DNA of 64,000 nucleotides from an uncultured Salinicoccus sp. (GTDB lineage: Bacteria > Bacillota > Bacilli > Staphylococcales > Salinicoccaceae), in NCBI GenBank assembly GCA_947494965.1, contig CANLWV010000003.1, positions 171,252 through 235,251 on the forward strand. The letters run 5' to 3'. A model generated the notes under the pieces. The model was not told the DNA's origin. It saw only the letters and a program-made list of their open reading frames with translations, and did not search any database. The translations under genes were made by a program, and so were the position numbers. The number at the start of each line of letters is the position of its first letter. The stretch's first letter is position 1. Of this stretch, positions 10,383 to 19,961 are shown one piece after another.

Positions 10383-11330
10383 ATGAAGAATAAGATTACT
10401 TATCTGATCGGCCTGTTGATGGTCGTACTAGTGTTGAATGCTTGTTCAAATGAAAACAGTGCTGCGGGTGAAGCGAATGAGGATGATAAATTGAAAGTGG
10501 TCACATCCTTTACGATTCTAGAGGATCTCGCCCGTGAGATTGGAGGCGAGGATGTCGACATTCATAACCTCGTACCGACCGGCACGGATCCCCATGAATA
10601 CGAACCACTTCCTAAAGACATGAAAAAGGCCACTGACGCGGATATTCTTTTCTATAATGGCTTGAACCTTGAGGGTGGTGGAAATGGTTGGTTCTTTAAA
10701 ATGATCGATTCCGTCAATCAGGACCCAGACGATGTCTACTCCCTATCAGACCGCATCGAACCGATGTACATCACTGATGAAGAGACCCAAGCAGAAGAAA
10801 TCAACCCGCATGCTTTCATCAGTCCTAAAGTGGGGATAAAGATGGCAGAAGATATGCGTGACGCTTTCATTGAAAAAGACCCGGAAAGAAAAGAAAACTA
10901 CGAGAAGCGGGCTGACGAATATCTTAAACGATTGAAAGATGTAGAAGGGGAGTACCAACAGAAGATAGATGACATTCCGAAAGAAGGTCGGGTACTTGTT
11001 ACAAGTGAACGCGCCTTCCAATATCTTGCCAGTGATTACGGTTTGAAGGAAGGGTATATATGGGCAATTGATACTGAAGATACCGGTTCACCCAACCAGA
11101 TAAATTCACTTGTTTCATTCATTGAAGAAAATGACGTGCCTGTACTCTTCATCGAATCGAACGTCGATCCGCGTCCGATGGAGACCGTCTCCGATCAGAC
11201 GGGCGTTCCTTTTTCCAAAAAACCCATCTATTCCGATGAAATTGGAAAACCGGGAGAAGAAGTGGACACCTATATCAAGTATCTGAATTACAACATCAAT
11301 CTGATCCATGACGAGTTGAGCGCCGAGTAA
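10383..11330 (+). CDS. mntC: metal-binding lipoprotein, PsaA/ZnuA cluster-9 family
   Basis: Lipobox LNAC. Metal-site segments GTDPHEYEP and INPHAFISP. Confidence 0.8.
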   Translation: MKNKITYLIGLLMVVLVLNACSNENSAAGEANEDDKLKVVTSFTILEDLAREIGGEDVDIHNLVPTGTDPHEYEPLPKDMKKATDADILFYNGLNLEGGGNGWFFKMIDSVNQDPDDVYSLSDRIEPMYITDEETQAEEINPHAFISPKVGIKMAEDMRDAFIEKDPERKENYEKRADEYLKRLKDVEGEYQQKIDDIPKEGRVLVTSERAFQYLASDYGLKEGYIWAIDTEDTGSPNQINSLVSFIEENDVPVLFIESNVDPRPMETVSDQTGVPFSKKPIYSDEIGKPGEEVDTYIKYLNYNINLIHDELSAE

Positions 11331-11361
11331 AAGATATGGCCGTGTGGCCATATCTTTTTTT
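11331..11361 (+). terminator. rho-independent terminator
   Basis: aagatatggcc / ggccatatctt stem followed by a T run. Confidence 0.8.
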
Positions 11362-11507
11362 AATGGTTGATGACCCTCGATGTTCTATCTATCATTGATG
11401 TCGTCAAATTTCCCGGGAAATCATTGAAACACATTGACAGTCTGATGACTCATATCCATATTTGACTTTGAGGAATGAGTCGGCTAACATGATAATCAAC
11501 TGAATAC

Positions 11508-11657
11508 GCAACACCACTAGGGGTGCTTTTTAGCTGAGACGGTCACAGACCGATCCCTTTGACTTGATCTGGATAATGCCAGCGTAAGGAATGTGGGATG
11601 GTCGGACATATCCTGTCTTCATACTAAACCCATTTCCTACGCTGGAAATGGGTTTTT
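11508..11657 (+). promoter_or_regulatory. TPP (THI-box) riboswitch with terminator expression platform
   Basis: Conserved aptamer elements cactaggggtgc, gctgaga, ccctttgacttgatctggataatgccagcgtaagg. Terminator cccatttcc/ggaaatggg plus T run at 11626-11657, whose loop-side cctacgctgg can alternatively pair with ccagcgtaagg. Confidence 0.85.
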
Positions 11658-11678
11658 ATCATTCTAAATAGGAGGATT

Positions 11679-12365
11679 ATGATGTTAAGTACACAATTGA
11701 AGCAGGATGCAGAGCAGTTTATTGACGAAATATACGGGGATGATTTCATCCAGGGGCTCATAAATGAAGATATTGATCACGCTTCACTCATCCACTATCT
11801 TCAGGCAGATGCATTATATCTTGAAGAATTCGCAAATATTTATGCCATGCTGATCTCGAAGACCACTTCCAAGGACATGATGGAATATCTTCTCGAAGAG
11901 ATGCGTTTCATACTTGGGGGAGAGGTCGAGGCACATGAAGTTTTGGCAAGAGCTGTAGGAAAGCCATATGCAGAAATCATAAAGGATGGAGAATGGTATC
12001 CTTCTGCCGATCATTATATTAAACATATGTACTATAACGCCTATGCTAAGGAAAATATCGCATTCACATTAAGTGCCATGGCGCCGTGCCCCTACATCTA
12101 TCAAAAGTTGGCGGAAAAGGCGATGGCGCAAAACGTATTCCAGGAAAACCACCAATACCGGGGATGGTTCGAATTCTACAGTAGCAATATCGATGAGACG
12201 GCTGATGTGATGTTCAACGCCATCGACAAAGAAGCGGAGAATATGAATGATGATGAAATAGGCCTGCTGCGCAAAAATTTCAGAGAGAGTGCAGAGCATG
12301 AAAGGCGGTTCTTCAATATGGCGATGACAAGAGAACACTGGGCGGGGGTGGATATGAATGTCTAG
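11679..12365 (+). CDS. tenA: thiaminase II / aminopyrimidine aminohydrolase TenA
   Basis: 228 aa, TenA/haem-oxygenase-like fold. First gene after the TPP riboswitch in tenA-thiD-thiM-thiE order. Confidence 0.8.
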   Translation: MMLSTQLKQDAEQFIDEIYGDDFIQGLINEDIDHASLIHYLQADALYLEEFANIYAMLISKTTSKDMMEYLLEEMRFILGGEVEAHEVLARAVGKPYAEIIKDGEWYPSADHYIKHMYYNAYAKENIAFTLSAMAPCPYIYQKLAEKAMAQNVFQENHQYRGWFEFYSSNIDETADVMFNAIDKEAENMNDDEIGLLRKNFRESAEHERRFFNMAMTREHWAGVDMNV

Positions 12366-13152
12366 AATGCCCATTGCGTTGACTGTTGCAGGGACCGATC
12401 CGACTGGCGGCGCTGGTGTTTTGGCTGATATCAAAACCTTCCATTCACAAGAGGTGTTTGGAATGGCTGCAATCACCGCCCTGACCGCACAAAATACCAT
12501 CGGCGTCCAAGATGTCCATAATATCCCGGGACAGTTTCTACAGGAGCAATTGGACAGCATCTTTTCCGACGAAGTACCAGACGCCATGAAAAGCGGCATG
12601 ATTGCCAACGAAGAGATGATGGCAGTCATAAAAGAGTGTGTTGAACGCCACCAAGTCCCCTATATCATCGATCCGGTCATGATTGCCACAAGCGGTGATC
12701 CACTCATAGATGGAGATGCTGCTGAATTTCTCAGAACACAGCTTTTACCCCTTGCTTTGACCGTTACACCAAACATACATGAAGCAGAGAAGATCAGTGG
12801 CCAACAAATCAGTAGTGAGGGGGATATCAAGAAAGCTGCCGATATTTTCCTGAATGACATCGGGGTGCAGAGCGTTGTAATAACAGGCGGACATCTGGAT
12901 TCAGGCCCCACAGACTATTTATTTACTGCAGACAACGCAATAGAACTCAGTGAAACGCGTATCGATACAACCAACACACATGGCACAGGATGCACATTTT
13001 CAGCAGTGATGACAGCAGAGGTGGCCAAGGGGAAATCGATCGAAGAAAGTTTCCGTACCGCTAAGCGCTATATCACTTCGGCAATCAGACATAACCCAAA
13101 TATCGGAAAAGGTAATGGACCGGTCAGCCATTTCAGCTATAAAGGAGAGTAA
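12358..13152 (+). CDS. thiD: hydroxymethylpyrimidine/phosphomethylpyrimidine kinase
   Basis: ALTVAGTDPTGGAGVLADIKT and GTGCTFSA motifs. Overlaps the tenA stop. Confidence 0.9.
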   Translation: MSRMPIALTVAGTDPTGGAGVLADIKTFHSQEVFGMAAITALTAQNTIGVQDVHNIPGQFLQEQLDSIFSDEVPDAMKSGMIANEEMMAVIKECVERHQVPYIIDPVMIATSGDPLIDGDAAEFLRTQLLPLALTVTPNIHEAEKISGQQISSEGDIKKAADIFLNDIGVQSVVITGGHLDSGPTDYLFTADNAIELSETRIDTTNTHGTGCTFSAVMTAEVAKGKSIEESFRTAKRYITSAIRHNPNIGKGNGPVSHFSYKGE

Positions 13153-13155
13153 TTC

Positions 13156-13941
13156 ATGGATAATGTAAATAGACTCAGAGAGATGAACCCGCTTGTTGTC
13201 TGCATCACAAATGATGTCGTCAAAAACTTCACGGCTAATGGGCTCCTTGCGATTGGCGCTTCGCCACTTGTAGGCGGGGAAGTCGCAGAAGCTTCAGATC
13301 TGATGAAATCCGCTTCTGCACTCCTCATCAACATCGGTACTGCAGATCAATCCAAACTACAGGTCATGGATGAGATGATGAAGGAAGCAAACAGGAATGA
13401 TGTGCCGATTGTATTTGATCCAGTCGGATTTGGTGCTTCACGCTTCAGGATGGAGTTTACAGAACAGCTTTTATCACGCCACGAAGTGTCACTCATTAAA
13501 GGGAATGCTGGGGAAATGCATGCACTATCAGGAGCTGAAAGCAATATGAAGGGGGTCGACTCTAAAGAAGAGACTCCTGCCGAAGAAATTGCAGGCAAGG
13601 CCTATGATCGGTACAGGACCCCTGTACTTGTTACAGGTGAGCAAGACGCCCTTATGACTGACAGCGGACTTTCGATAATGGGCAACGGCCATGCCCTACA
13701 GGGGAGAGTGACAGGCTCAGGATGCCTTCTTGGTGCAATCATCTGTGCATTCCTTGGAACCTCAGATCATTGTGATCAGCAGTCCATCATCGATGCAGTC
13801 AGTTATTATAACCTGTGCGCTGAGAAGGCGGCTTTGGCCCAAGAACATCCAACCCCAGGTACATTCGCCACAAGGCTGATCGATGAGCTGTATTTGAATG
13901 ATAACAACTTGCTCAAAGAACAGAATGTGACGACCAGATGA
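13156..13941 (+). CDS. thiM: hydroxyethylthiazole kinase
   Basis: 261 aa with ThiM motifs (NPLVVCITN, IKGNAGE, TGSGCLLGA). Confidence 0.9.
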   Translation: MDNVNRLREMNPLVVCITNDVVKNFTANGLLAIGASPLVGGEVAEASDLMKSASALLINIGTADQSKLQVMDEMMKEANRNDVPIVFDPVGFGASRFRMEFTEQLLSRHEVSLIKGNAGEMHALSGAESNMKGVDSKEETPAEEIAGKAYDRYRTPVLVTGEQDALMTDSGLSIMGNGHALQGRVTGSGCLLGAIICAFLGTSDHCDQQSIIDAVSYYNLCAEKAALAQEHPTPGTFATRLIDELYLNDNNLLKEQNVTTR

Positions 13942-14558
13942 TGGATAAAAACGCACTTGAATTATACTTTATCTGTGGAAGTTCCGATACGGAGGGAGAC
14001 CTCCTCATTGTGATTGAGGAAGCTTTGGATGCTGGAATCACACTGTTCCAACTCAGAGAAAAGGGCAGCAGATCCTTGACAGGCGAAGAACTGGTGGAGA
14101 CAGCTTTTAAAATAAAGAAATTATGCCATAGCTATGAAGTGCCTTTCATCATTAACGATGACTACGAACTAGCTGAACAGATCGAAGCCGACGGGGTACA
14201 CCTCGGTCAGGATGATATCGGGGTCCAAGATCTCCCTCCCTATTTTAACGACAAGATCGTCGGTCTATCTGTAGGTAATGCAAAAGAATTGGCATCAAGC
14301 AATCTCAAAAAAGTCAGTTATATAGGCACGGGGCCTGTCTATGCCACACCCTCAAAGGCGGATGCCGGCAAGGCCATTACGCCAAAAGGTCTGGCTGACA
14401 TGAGACGCCTAATTGGCGACAAGCCAATGGTGGCAATAGGTGGCATCACCCCGGACAACTACATGGCCTGCCTGGAAAACGGAGCTGATGGCATCTGCGT
14501 GATTTCCGCCATTGCAAACGCACCGGATATAAGGGATGCCGTACATCGCTTCCTATGA
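13938..14558 (+). CDS. thiE: thiamine-phosphate synthase
   Basis: 206 aa with LFQLREK, GVHLGQDD and IGGI motifs. Overlaps the thiM stop. Confidence 0.9.
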   Translation: MMDKNALELYFICGSSDTEGDLLIVIEEALDAGITLFQLREKGSRSLTGEELVETAFKIKKLCHSYEVPFIINDDYELAEQIEADGVHLGQDDIGVQDLPPYFNDKIVGLSVGNAKELASSNLKKVSYIGTGPVYATPSKADAGKAITPKGLADMRRLIGDKPMVAIGGITPDNYMACLENGADGICVISAIANAPDIRDAVHRFL

Positions 14559-14572
14559 TGTTGAAAAATAAT

Positions 14573-14600
14573 AGGTGAAGGTCCGTGCGGACCTTCACCT
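14573..14600. terminator. bidirectional hairpin between thiE and brnQ
   Basis: aggtgaaggtccg / cggaccttcacct perfect stem between convergent genes. Confidence 0.65.
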
Positions 14601-15945
14601 ATTTGATATCATCATTGAATTGTACTGCAGGCTTCCGTTTCTTCCCATTGGCCGCCCTACCTTTATATCTATCTATGCCATAGCCCGCTGCACCCGCAAT
14701 AAAGGCCGGAACCATCCAGCCAAGACCTTGTTCGAAGAATGGTGTCTGTCCAAGGAGGAGACTAACAGTTTCTGATTCAATGCCGATGCTGATCAACACC
14801 TCATATAATGCATAGACGGCAGTCACGAATACCGCAGCCTGATACATCTTCCTGCTTTCCCCCGTTACACGCTCAACTAAAGAGAGGACTATCAGGACAA
14901 TCGCGATTGGATAGATGAATACCAATAGGGGAACCGCAAGCTCTAAAATCAGATCCAACCCCAAATTCGATACCAACAAACCAATTAGAACGAAGATGCC
15001 CGCATAGGTAGAATATGCAATATTAGGGTAGATTTCGTTGAAGAATCTTGAACAGGCACTGATCAGTCCCACACAGGTCGTAAGACATGCCAGGAGCACA
15101 ATGATGCCAAAGAGCAATCCGCCCGCCGCCGGGAATAGAAGATTCGCTGAATGTGTTAATATCTCTGCACCGTCTTCAAGCCCACTTCCCCCTGGTATGA
15201 CACGCCCGATCCAACCCAGCGAGAAGTATACGGCTACCAGACCCAGTCCTGCTATCAGCACTGCACCGAAAGTTCCTTTTACCAATTCTCCTTTTGTTTC
15301 TGCACCCTTATCCTTCAGGGCATTGATGATCACGATTCCGAATGCCAATGCTGCGACCGCATCCATGGTGAAATAGCCTTCCAATATTCCGGTGACCAAT
15401 GGCGAACCAGTGTACTTTTCTGCAGCAGGGGCTCCGGGATTCTCAAAAGTAAAGAAAGCCCTTACGACGAGCACCGACAATACCAACAACAGAAGCGGCG
15501 TAAGATACTGTCCGATGCGGTCCACTATCTTTTTAGGATTGAGGCTTATCAGGTATGTAATTCCAAAGAATACGATGGAAAAAATCGCAAGTACAAGGCT
15601 GCTTTCCACATTAAAGATCTGTTTGAACCCAAGTTCATAGGCAACACTGGATGCACGCGGTATGCCATAAAACGCCCCGATGGACATATAGATGATGACT
15701 GCAAAAGCCACACCAAATACAGGATGCACCCGTTGCCCCATGGACACCAGGCCATCCTCGGACAAAGCCACTGCTACGATCGCCATGATAGGAAGCAGTA
15801 CGCCAGTAATCAGAAAGCCAATTATTGCAGGGCCGAAGCCGTCACCTGCTTCCATTCCAAGAAGCGGTGGGAAGATAAGGTTACCCGCACCGAAAAATAA
15901 GGAAAAAAGCATAAATCCCGCAAATATTATATTAGATCTTTTCAT
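14599..15945 (-). CDS. brnQ: branched-chain amino acid transport system II carrier
   Basis: Start moved to MKRSNIIF (AAGGAG RBS 8 nt upstream). FGAGNLIFPP signature and about 12 TM segments. Confidence 0.85.
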   Translation of the reverse strand: MKRSNIIFAGFMLFSLFFGAGNLIFPPLLGMEAGDGFGPAIIGFLITGVLLPIMAIVAVALSEDGLVSMGQRVHPVFGVAFAVIIYMSIGAFYGIPRASSVAYELGFKQIFNVESSLVLAIFSIVFFGITYLISLNPKKIVDRIGQYLTPLLLLVLSVLVVRAFFTFENPGAPAAEKYTGSPLVTGILEGYFTMDAVAALAFGIVIINALKDKGAETKGELVKGTFGAVLIAGLGLVAVYFSLGWIGRVIPGGSGLEDGAEILTHSANLLFPAAGGLLFGIIVLLACLTTCVGLISACSRFFNEIYPNIAYSTYAGIFVLIGLLVSNLGLDLILELAVPLLVFIYPIAIVLIVLSLVERVTGESRKMYQAAVFVTAVYALYEVLISIGIESETVSLLLGQTPFFEQGLGWMVPAFIAGAAGYGIDRYKGRAANGKKRKPAVQFNDDIK

Positions 15946-16027
15946 TATTATAGCTCCTTGATTCAATTTGATTCCTAGAGGATTTTTGGATTGCTGCCAA
16001 TTATTTGGAATCGAATCATTCCCCGTT

Positions 16028-16051
16028 AAAAAACGCCCCTGCTCAGGGACG
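16028..16051 (-). terminator. leader hairpin plus U-run upstream of brnQ (possible attenuator)
   Basis: On the minus strand, cgtccctgagcaggggcg followed by TTTTTT, about 80 nt before the brnQ start. See findings. Confidence 0.5.
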
Positions 16052-16346
16052 ATACGATAGCGACTCTACCAGGCTATTCCGTAGAGTCATATTGATGAAC
16101 CTCACTCAACCGACATGATGTTTCAGGGACAGGCAACTTTTCCCATCCTTTATCTTCATATACAACGTCCATGTAATCCAACTTATATAATCTAGCAGAA
16201 CTTTGTCAGAAAAGTCAATATTATTGAAACATATATACTTATTCTAATATATTCAGACAATTCTAACCAATGTGCTTTACAATGATAAATATTTGTAATA
16301 ATGTGATGTTGATACTTAAATAATTTAATGGGATAGGAGCTTACAT

Positions 16347-17804
16347 ATGTTCAAATTGACCGGTACTTTGATTGCAGTAATCGCCATCATACTAATTGCC
16401 ATCATCGCTGCCGTTGGATGGTACATCTTCATGAAAGCCAGATACCGTACTGTACCTTCCAACGAAGCGCTCATCGTTACAGGGCCAAACCTTGGGGATG
16501 AGGCAAAAGAAACCAACATCTATAAGGATGACCAAGGGCGCTACATGAAAGTCATCCGGGGGGGCGGGCACAGGCTCAAGATGTTCCAGACGGGCACAAA
16601 GGTCTCCCTTAAATCATTCCAGCTGCAAATATCTACGCCAAAAGTCTACACTCTAGAAGGCGTCGGAATATACGGTCAGGCGGTTGCGACTGTAAAAGTG
16701 GCTGATGACCTGGACGGCATCGTCAAATACGCCGAGCAGTTCCTTGGAAAGGAACAAGAAGAAATCGAACATGAAATCTCTGAAGTGCTGAACTCCAACC
16801 TCCGCGCCATCCTATCGAAGATGACTGTCGAACAGATCAATAAGGACCGTGAGAGCTTCAATGAACAGGTCCGTGAGATTGCGCAGGATCAGTTGAACCG
16901 GATGGGCTTCAAAATCACTTCGCTTGGTCTATCCGACCTGAGGGATGATGAGAATTATCTTGAAAACCTTGGACGTCCTCAAATCGCCCGGATCAGAAAA
17001 GAAGCTGAGATTGCAGAATCCGAAAACAGGCGTGAAACTGAAATACAACAAGCAAAAGATAATGAAACCATTTCAAATGAACAATATAAAAGAGAAATGA
17101 ACATAGCAGATAGCCGTAAAGAGAAAGATCTGAAGGAAGCAAGGAACTTGGCTGAAACGGAAAAGGCGAATGCTTCTGCTAAAGCTTCCGGGCAATTGGA
17201 AGAAGAAGAAAGACGTCTCGAAGTGGAACAACAACGGTTGGAAATCCGGGAACAGGAAAAACAGAATGAATTAAAACTGTTGAAACTGGAACGGGAAAAT
17301 GACGTTGAAATCGAAAAGCAACAAGTCGAAGTGAGGAGGCAGCAGGCTGAGGCGGATTACTATACACGAACTAAAGAAGCTGAGGCCAGAGCCGAAGCCC
17401 GCATTGCAGAAGGTAACGCCGAAGCACAAGTCATAAGAGAAAAGAGCCTCGCGGAAGCCGAAGCAATCGAGCGCCGTGCAGAGGCGATGTCTGAACATAA
17501 AGATGTCATCATCCTGGAGCAGTTCATCAAAATAATGCCTGAATTCGCCAGAGCTGTCAGTGAATCCATGAGCAACGTAGAATCCATACGCATAATGGAC
17601 AGCGGAGGTGGTGAACAGCTGAAATCACTGCCGAATACCGTCACTGGTACGATGGCCAAACTTCAGGAGAGCATGGGGCAGATGACCGGATTCGATCTGG
17701 ATCATTTCCTGAATAATCTATCTGACGGGAAATCACAGATCTTAGATGGCAATGATGAAGGGGACGAAGAGCGGAAATCAGAAGACACGGACGACGCCCA
17801 ATAG
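16347..17804 (+). CDS. floT: flotillin-like SPFH/Band-7 protein
   Basis: N-terminal TM anchor, an SPFH domain, a long E/A/R/Q-rich coiled coil and an acidic tail, matching FloT/YuaG architecture. Confidence 0.7.
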   Translation: MFKLTGTLIAVIAIILIAIIAAVGWYIFMKARYRTVPSNEALIVTGPNLGDEAKETNIYKDDQGRYMKVIRGGGHRLKMFQTGTKVSLKSFQLQISTPKVYTLEGVGIYGQAVATVKVADDLDGIVKYAEQFLGKEQEEIEHEISEVLNSNLRAILSKMTVEQINKDRESFNEQVREIAQDQLNRMGFKITSLGLSDLRDDENYLENLGRPQIARIRKEAEIAESENRRETEIQQAKDNETISNEQYKREMNIADSRKEKDLKEARNLAETEKANASAKASGQLEEEERRLEVEQQRLEIREQEKQNELKLLKLERENDVEIEKQQVEVRRQQAEADYYTRTKEAEARAEARIAEGNAEAQVIREKSLAEAEAIERRAEAMSEHKDVIILEQFIKIMPEFARAVSESMSNVESIRIMDSGGGEQLKSLPNTVTGTMAKLQESMGQMTGFDLDHFLNNLSDGKSQILDGNDEGDEERKSEDTDDAQ

Positions 17805-17858
17805 ACTTTAATAAAAATAATCCTTCCATGACATTTGTATATACCATTTCAGATAGAA

Positions 17859-17898
17859 GGGTCAGAAATCTTAATTAAAGGGGGTTCTGACCCTTTTT
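17859..17898 (+). terminator. rho-independent terminator
   Basis: gggtcagaa ... ttctgaccc stem plus TTTTT. Confidence 0.7.
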
Positions 17899-18079
17899 AT
17901 TAATCTGTTAGAAATTATGATCGATACTCGATATATGGTTACTCTATGCAACCTGCTATTGCTTGTTATAGCCATATTCTATGGTAAGCGCATTTGATTT
18001 AGCTGAATCTCTATGGTACGTTTAAGAACGTACTAGTTTTAAAGTGTTGAAATAACGTCAAGTGTAAGGACTGAGTTTT

Positions 18080-19120
18080 TTGAGCGTAATTGAAATCAAG
18101 AACGTCACTAAAGTATTTGGTACATATGACGAGGAAGTACAAGAATTATTGCATAATAATGCATCTAAAGATGAAATCATTAAAAAAACCGGTGCTACGG
18201 TTGCGGTCAAATCAGCGAATCTAAGCATCGAATCAGGGGAAGTCTTTGTTGTCATGGGACTTTCCGGCAGTGGTAAATCCACTTTGATCAGACTAATCAA
18301 TCGGCTGATTGACCCAACCGAGGGCGATCTTCTGATCAAAGACAAAAACGTTGCACAGCTGAGCCCTAGTGAATTAAGGGAATTCAGAAGATCGAACCTT
18401 AGTATGGTCTTCCAGAATTTTGCCCTCTTCCCTTTTAAAAACATCTTGGAGAATGCGGCATTCGGACTTGAGGTCCGGAAATTCCCAAAGAAGCAGAGGA
18501 GAGAAAAGGCGGAAGAAGCTTTGGACCTGGTAGGACTAGGAAATTATAAAAAACAGTTGCCGAATCAACTTTCCGGCGGTATGCAGCAGCGTGTCGGATT
18601 GGCTAGAGCACTGGCCAATGATACGGATATCCTACTCATGGACGAAGCATTCTCGGCACTAGACCCCCTGATCAGAAAAGAGATGCAGCAGGAACTATTA
18701 CAACTTCAGCAGAAAATGCAGAAAACAATAGTATTCATCACCCATGACCTCGATGAAGCACTGAGCATAGGTGACCGCATCGCCTTAATGAAAGATGGGG
18801 AAATCGCACAGGTCGGGAAACCTGAAGAAATCGTCACAAACCCGGCGAATGATTATGTCAAGTCTTTCGTTAAGGACATTGATCGTTCGAAAGTCCTTAA
18901 AGTAAAGCATGTCATGAAGCGTGTTGATGGGGAAAGTATTTCTACTGATCTTCCTTCCATAAATTCTGAGGCTTTACTTTATGAAACATATCCATTGTTC
19001 AAAGATGGGGTGCATGAGCTGACAGTAGAAGCGAATGGACAAAACATCGGTATTTTAGAGTTCAATAAAGTGTTTGAAGTGTTGGCTCAAGGAAACGAGG
19101 TGGAAAACAATGTTGGATAA
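18080..19120 (+). CDS. opuAA: glycine betaine/proline ABC transporter ATP-binding protein
   Basis: TTG start. Walker A GLSGSGKST, LSGGMQQRVGLARAL, LLMDEAFSALDP, and a C-terminal CBS-like region. Confidence 0.85.
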   Translation: MSVIEIKNVTKVFGTYDEEVQELLHNNASKDEIIKKTGATVAVKSANLSIESGEVFVVMGLSGSGKSTLIRLINRLIDPTEGDLLIKDKNVAQLSPSELREFRRSNLSMVFQNFALFPFKNILENAAFGLEVRKFPKKQRREKAEEALDLVGLGNYKKQLPNQLSGGMQQRVGLARALANDTDILLMDEAFSALDPLIRKEMQQELLQLQQKMQKTIVFITHDLDEALSIGDRIALMKDGEIAQVGKPEEIVTNPANDYVKSFVKDIDRSKVLKVKHVMKRVDGESISTDLPSINSEALLYETYPLFKDGVHELTVEANGQNIGILEFNKVFEVLAQGNEVENNVG

Positions 19121-19940
19121 TCTGCCTCGCCTCCCGGTAGCCCAGTGGGCATCAGATTTTGTCGATTGGCTCACCAGTTCCTTCAGCTTCATATTCGACC
19201 CGATCAAAGAAGTTTTAGAAGGACTGATGGATTGGATCATTCAAATACTGGAATTCATTCCGCCCACATTGTTTATAGTCATAGTAATGGCGCTTGCATT
19301 TATATTTATGAAGAATAAGGTACTTTCTCCTATTCTGATCGGAGTTGGTCTTCTATTCATATATAACCAAGGGCTATGGGCAAACTTGATTGATACTATG
19401 ACCTTGGTCATCATCAGTGGTCTGATATCGGTAGTTTTCGGTATTCCTTTAGGCATACTGATGTCCAAAAGCACTGGCTTCGAAACTGTCATGAAACCAA
19501 TTTTAGATTTTATGCAGACGATGCCCGCTTTCGTATATTTGATTCCCGCAGTTGCGTTTTTCGGAATTGGCATGGTGCCGGGAGTGTTCGCTTCCGTCAT
19601 TTTCTCAGCACCCCCTACAATTCGTCTGACGAACTTGGGAATCAGGCAGATATCTGCTGAGCTCATTGAAGCAAGTGATTCATTCGGCACCACCCCGATG
19701 CAGAAACTGGTCAAAGTGCAATTGCCTTTGGCAAGATCCTCCATCATGGCTGGGGTGAACCAGACGATCATGTTAGCCCTTTCAATGGTGGTCATTGCCT
19801 CCATGATTGGTGCGCCGGGGTTAGGTACAGAAGTGTTGAGTTCCCTCCAAAGGGCTCAAGTAGGTACTGGATTTGTTGCTGGATTGGGAATCGTTATATT
19901 AGCGATTATTATAGATAGATTTACTCAATCAAAAAAATAA
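19110..19940 (+). CDS. opuAB: glycine betaine ABC transporter permease
   Basis: Start set at MLDNLPRLPVAQW (GAGGTGG RBS). Polytopic BPD-type permease that overlaps the opuAA end. Confidence 0.85.
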   Translation: MLDNLPRLPVAQWASDFVDWLTSSFSFIFDPIKEVLEGLMDWIIQILEFIPPTLFIVIVMALAFIFMKNKVLSPILIGVGLLFIYNQGLWANLIDTMTLVIISGLISVVFGIPLGILMSKSTGFETVMKPILDFMQTMPAFVYLIPAVAFFGIGMVPGVFASVIFSAPPTIRLTNLGIRQISAELIEASDSFGTTPMQKLVKVQLPLARSSIMAGVNQTIMLALSMVVIASMIGAPGLGTEVLSSLQRAQVGTGFVAGLGIVILAIIIDRFTQSKK

Positions 19941-19961
19941 TTATTATAGGAGGATATATTC

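Noticed and set aside
12069-12629. Long antisense or alternate-frame ORFs in the track, e.g. 12069-12629(-), 19241-19804(-), 23189-23632(-), 24847-25308(+), 25278-25673(+), 35913-36278(+), 37514-37921(+), 58434-58826(-)
   Set aside because: Each lies entirely inside a longer ORF that has clear family motifs on the other strand or frame. They have odd composition, no RBS and no recognisable domains, so I treat them as shadow ORFs.
16074-16172. 32-aa minus-strand ORF (MDVVYEDKGW...) inside the brnQ leader
   Set aside because: It has no convincing RBS and no amino-acid bias suggestive of a regulatory leader peptide.
15967-16200. T-box riboswitch upstream of brnQ
   Set aside because: I found no T-box sequence, no recognisable specifier-loop/GA-motif arrangement and no BCAA-rich leader peptide. 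It is kept as an unclassified attenuator-like leader instead.
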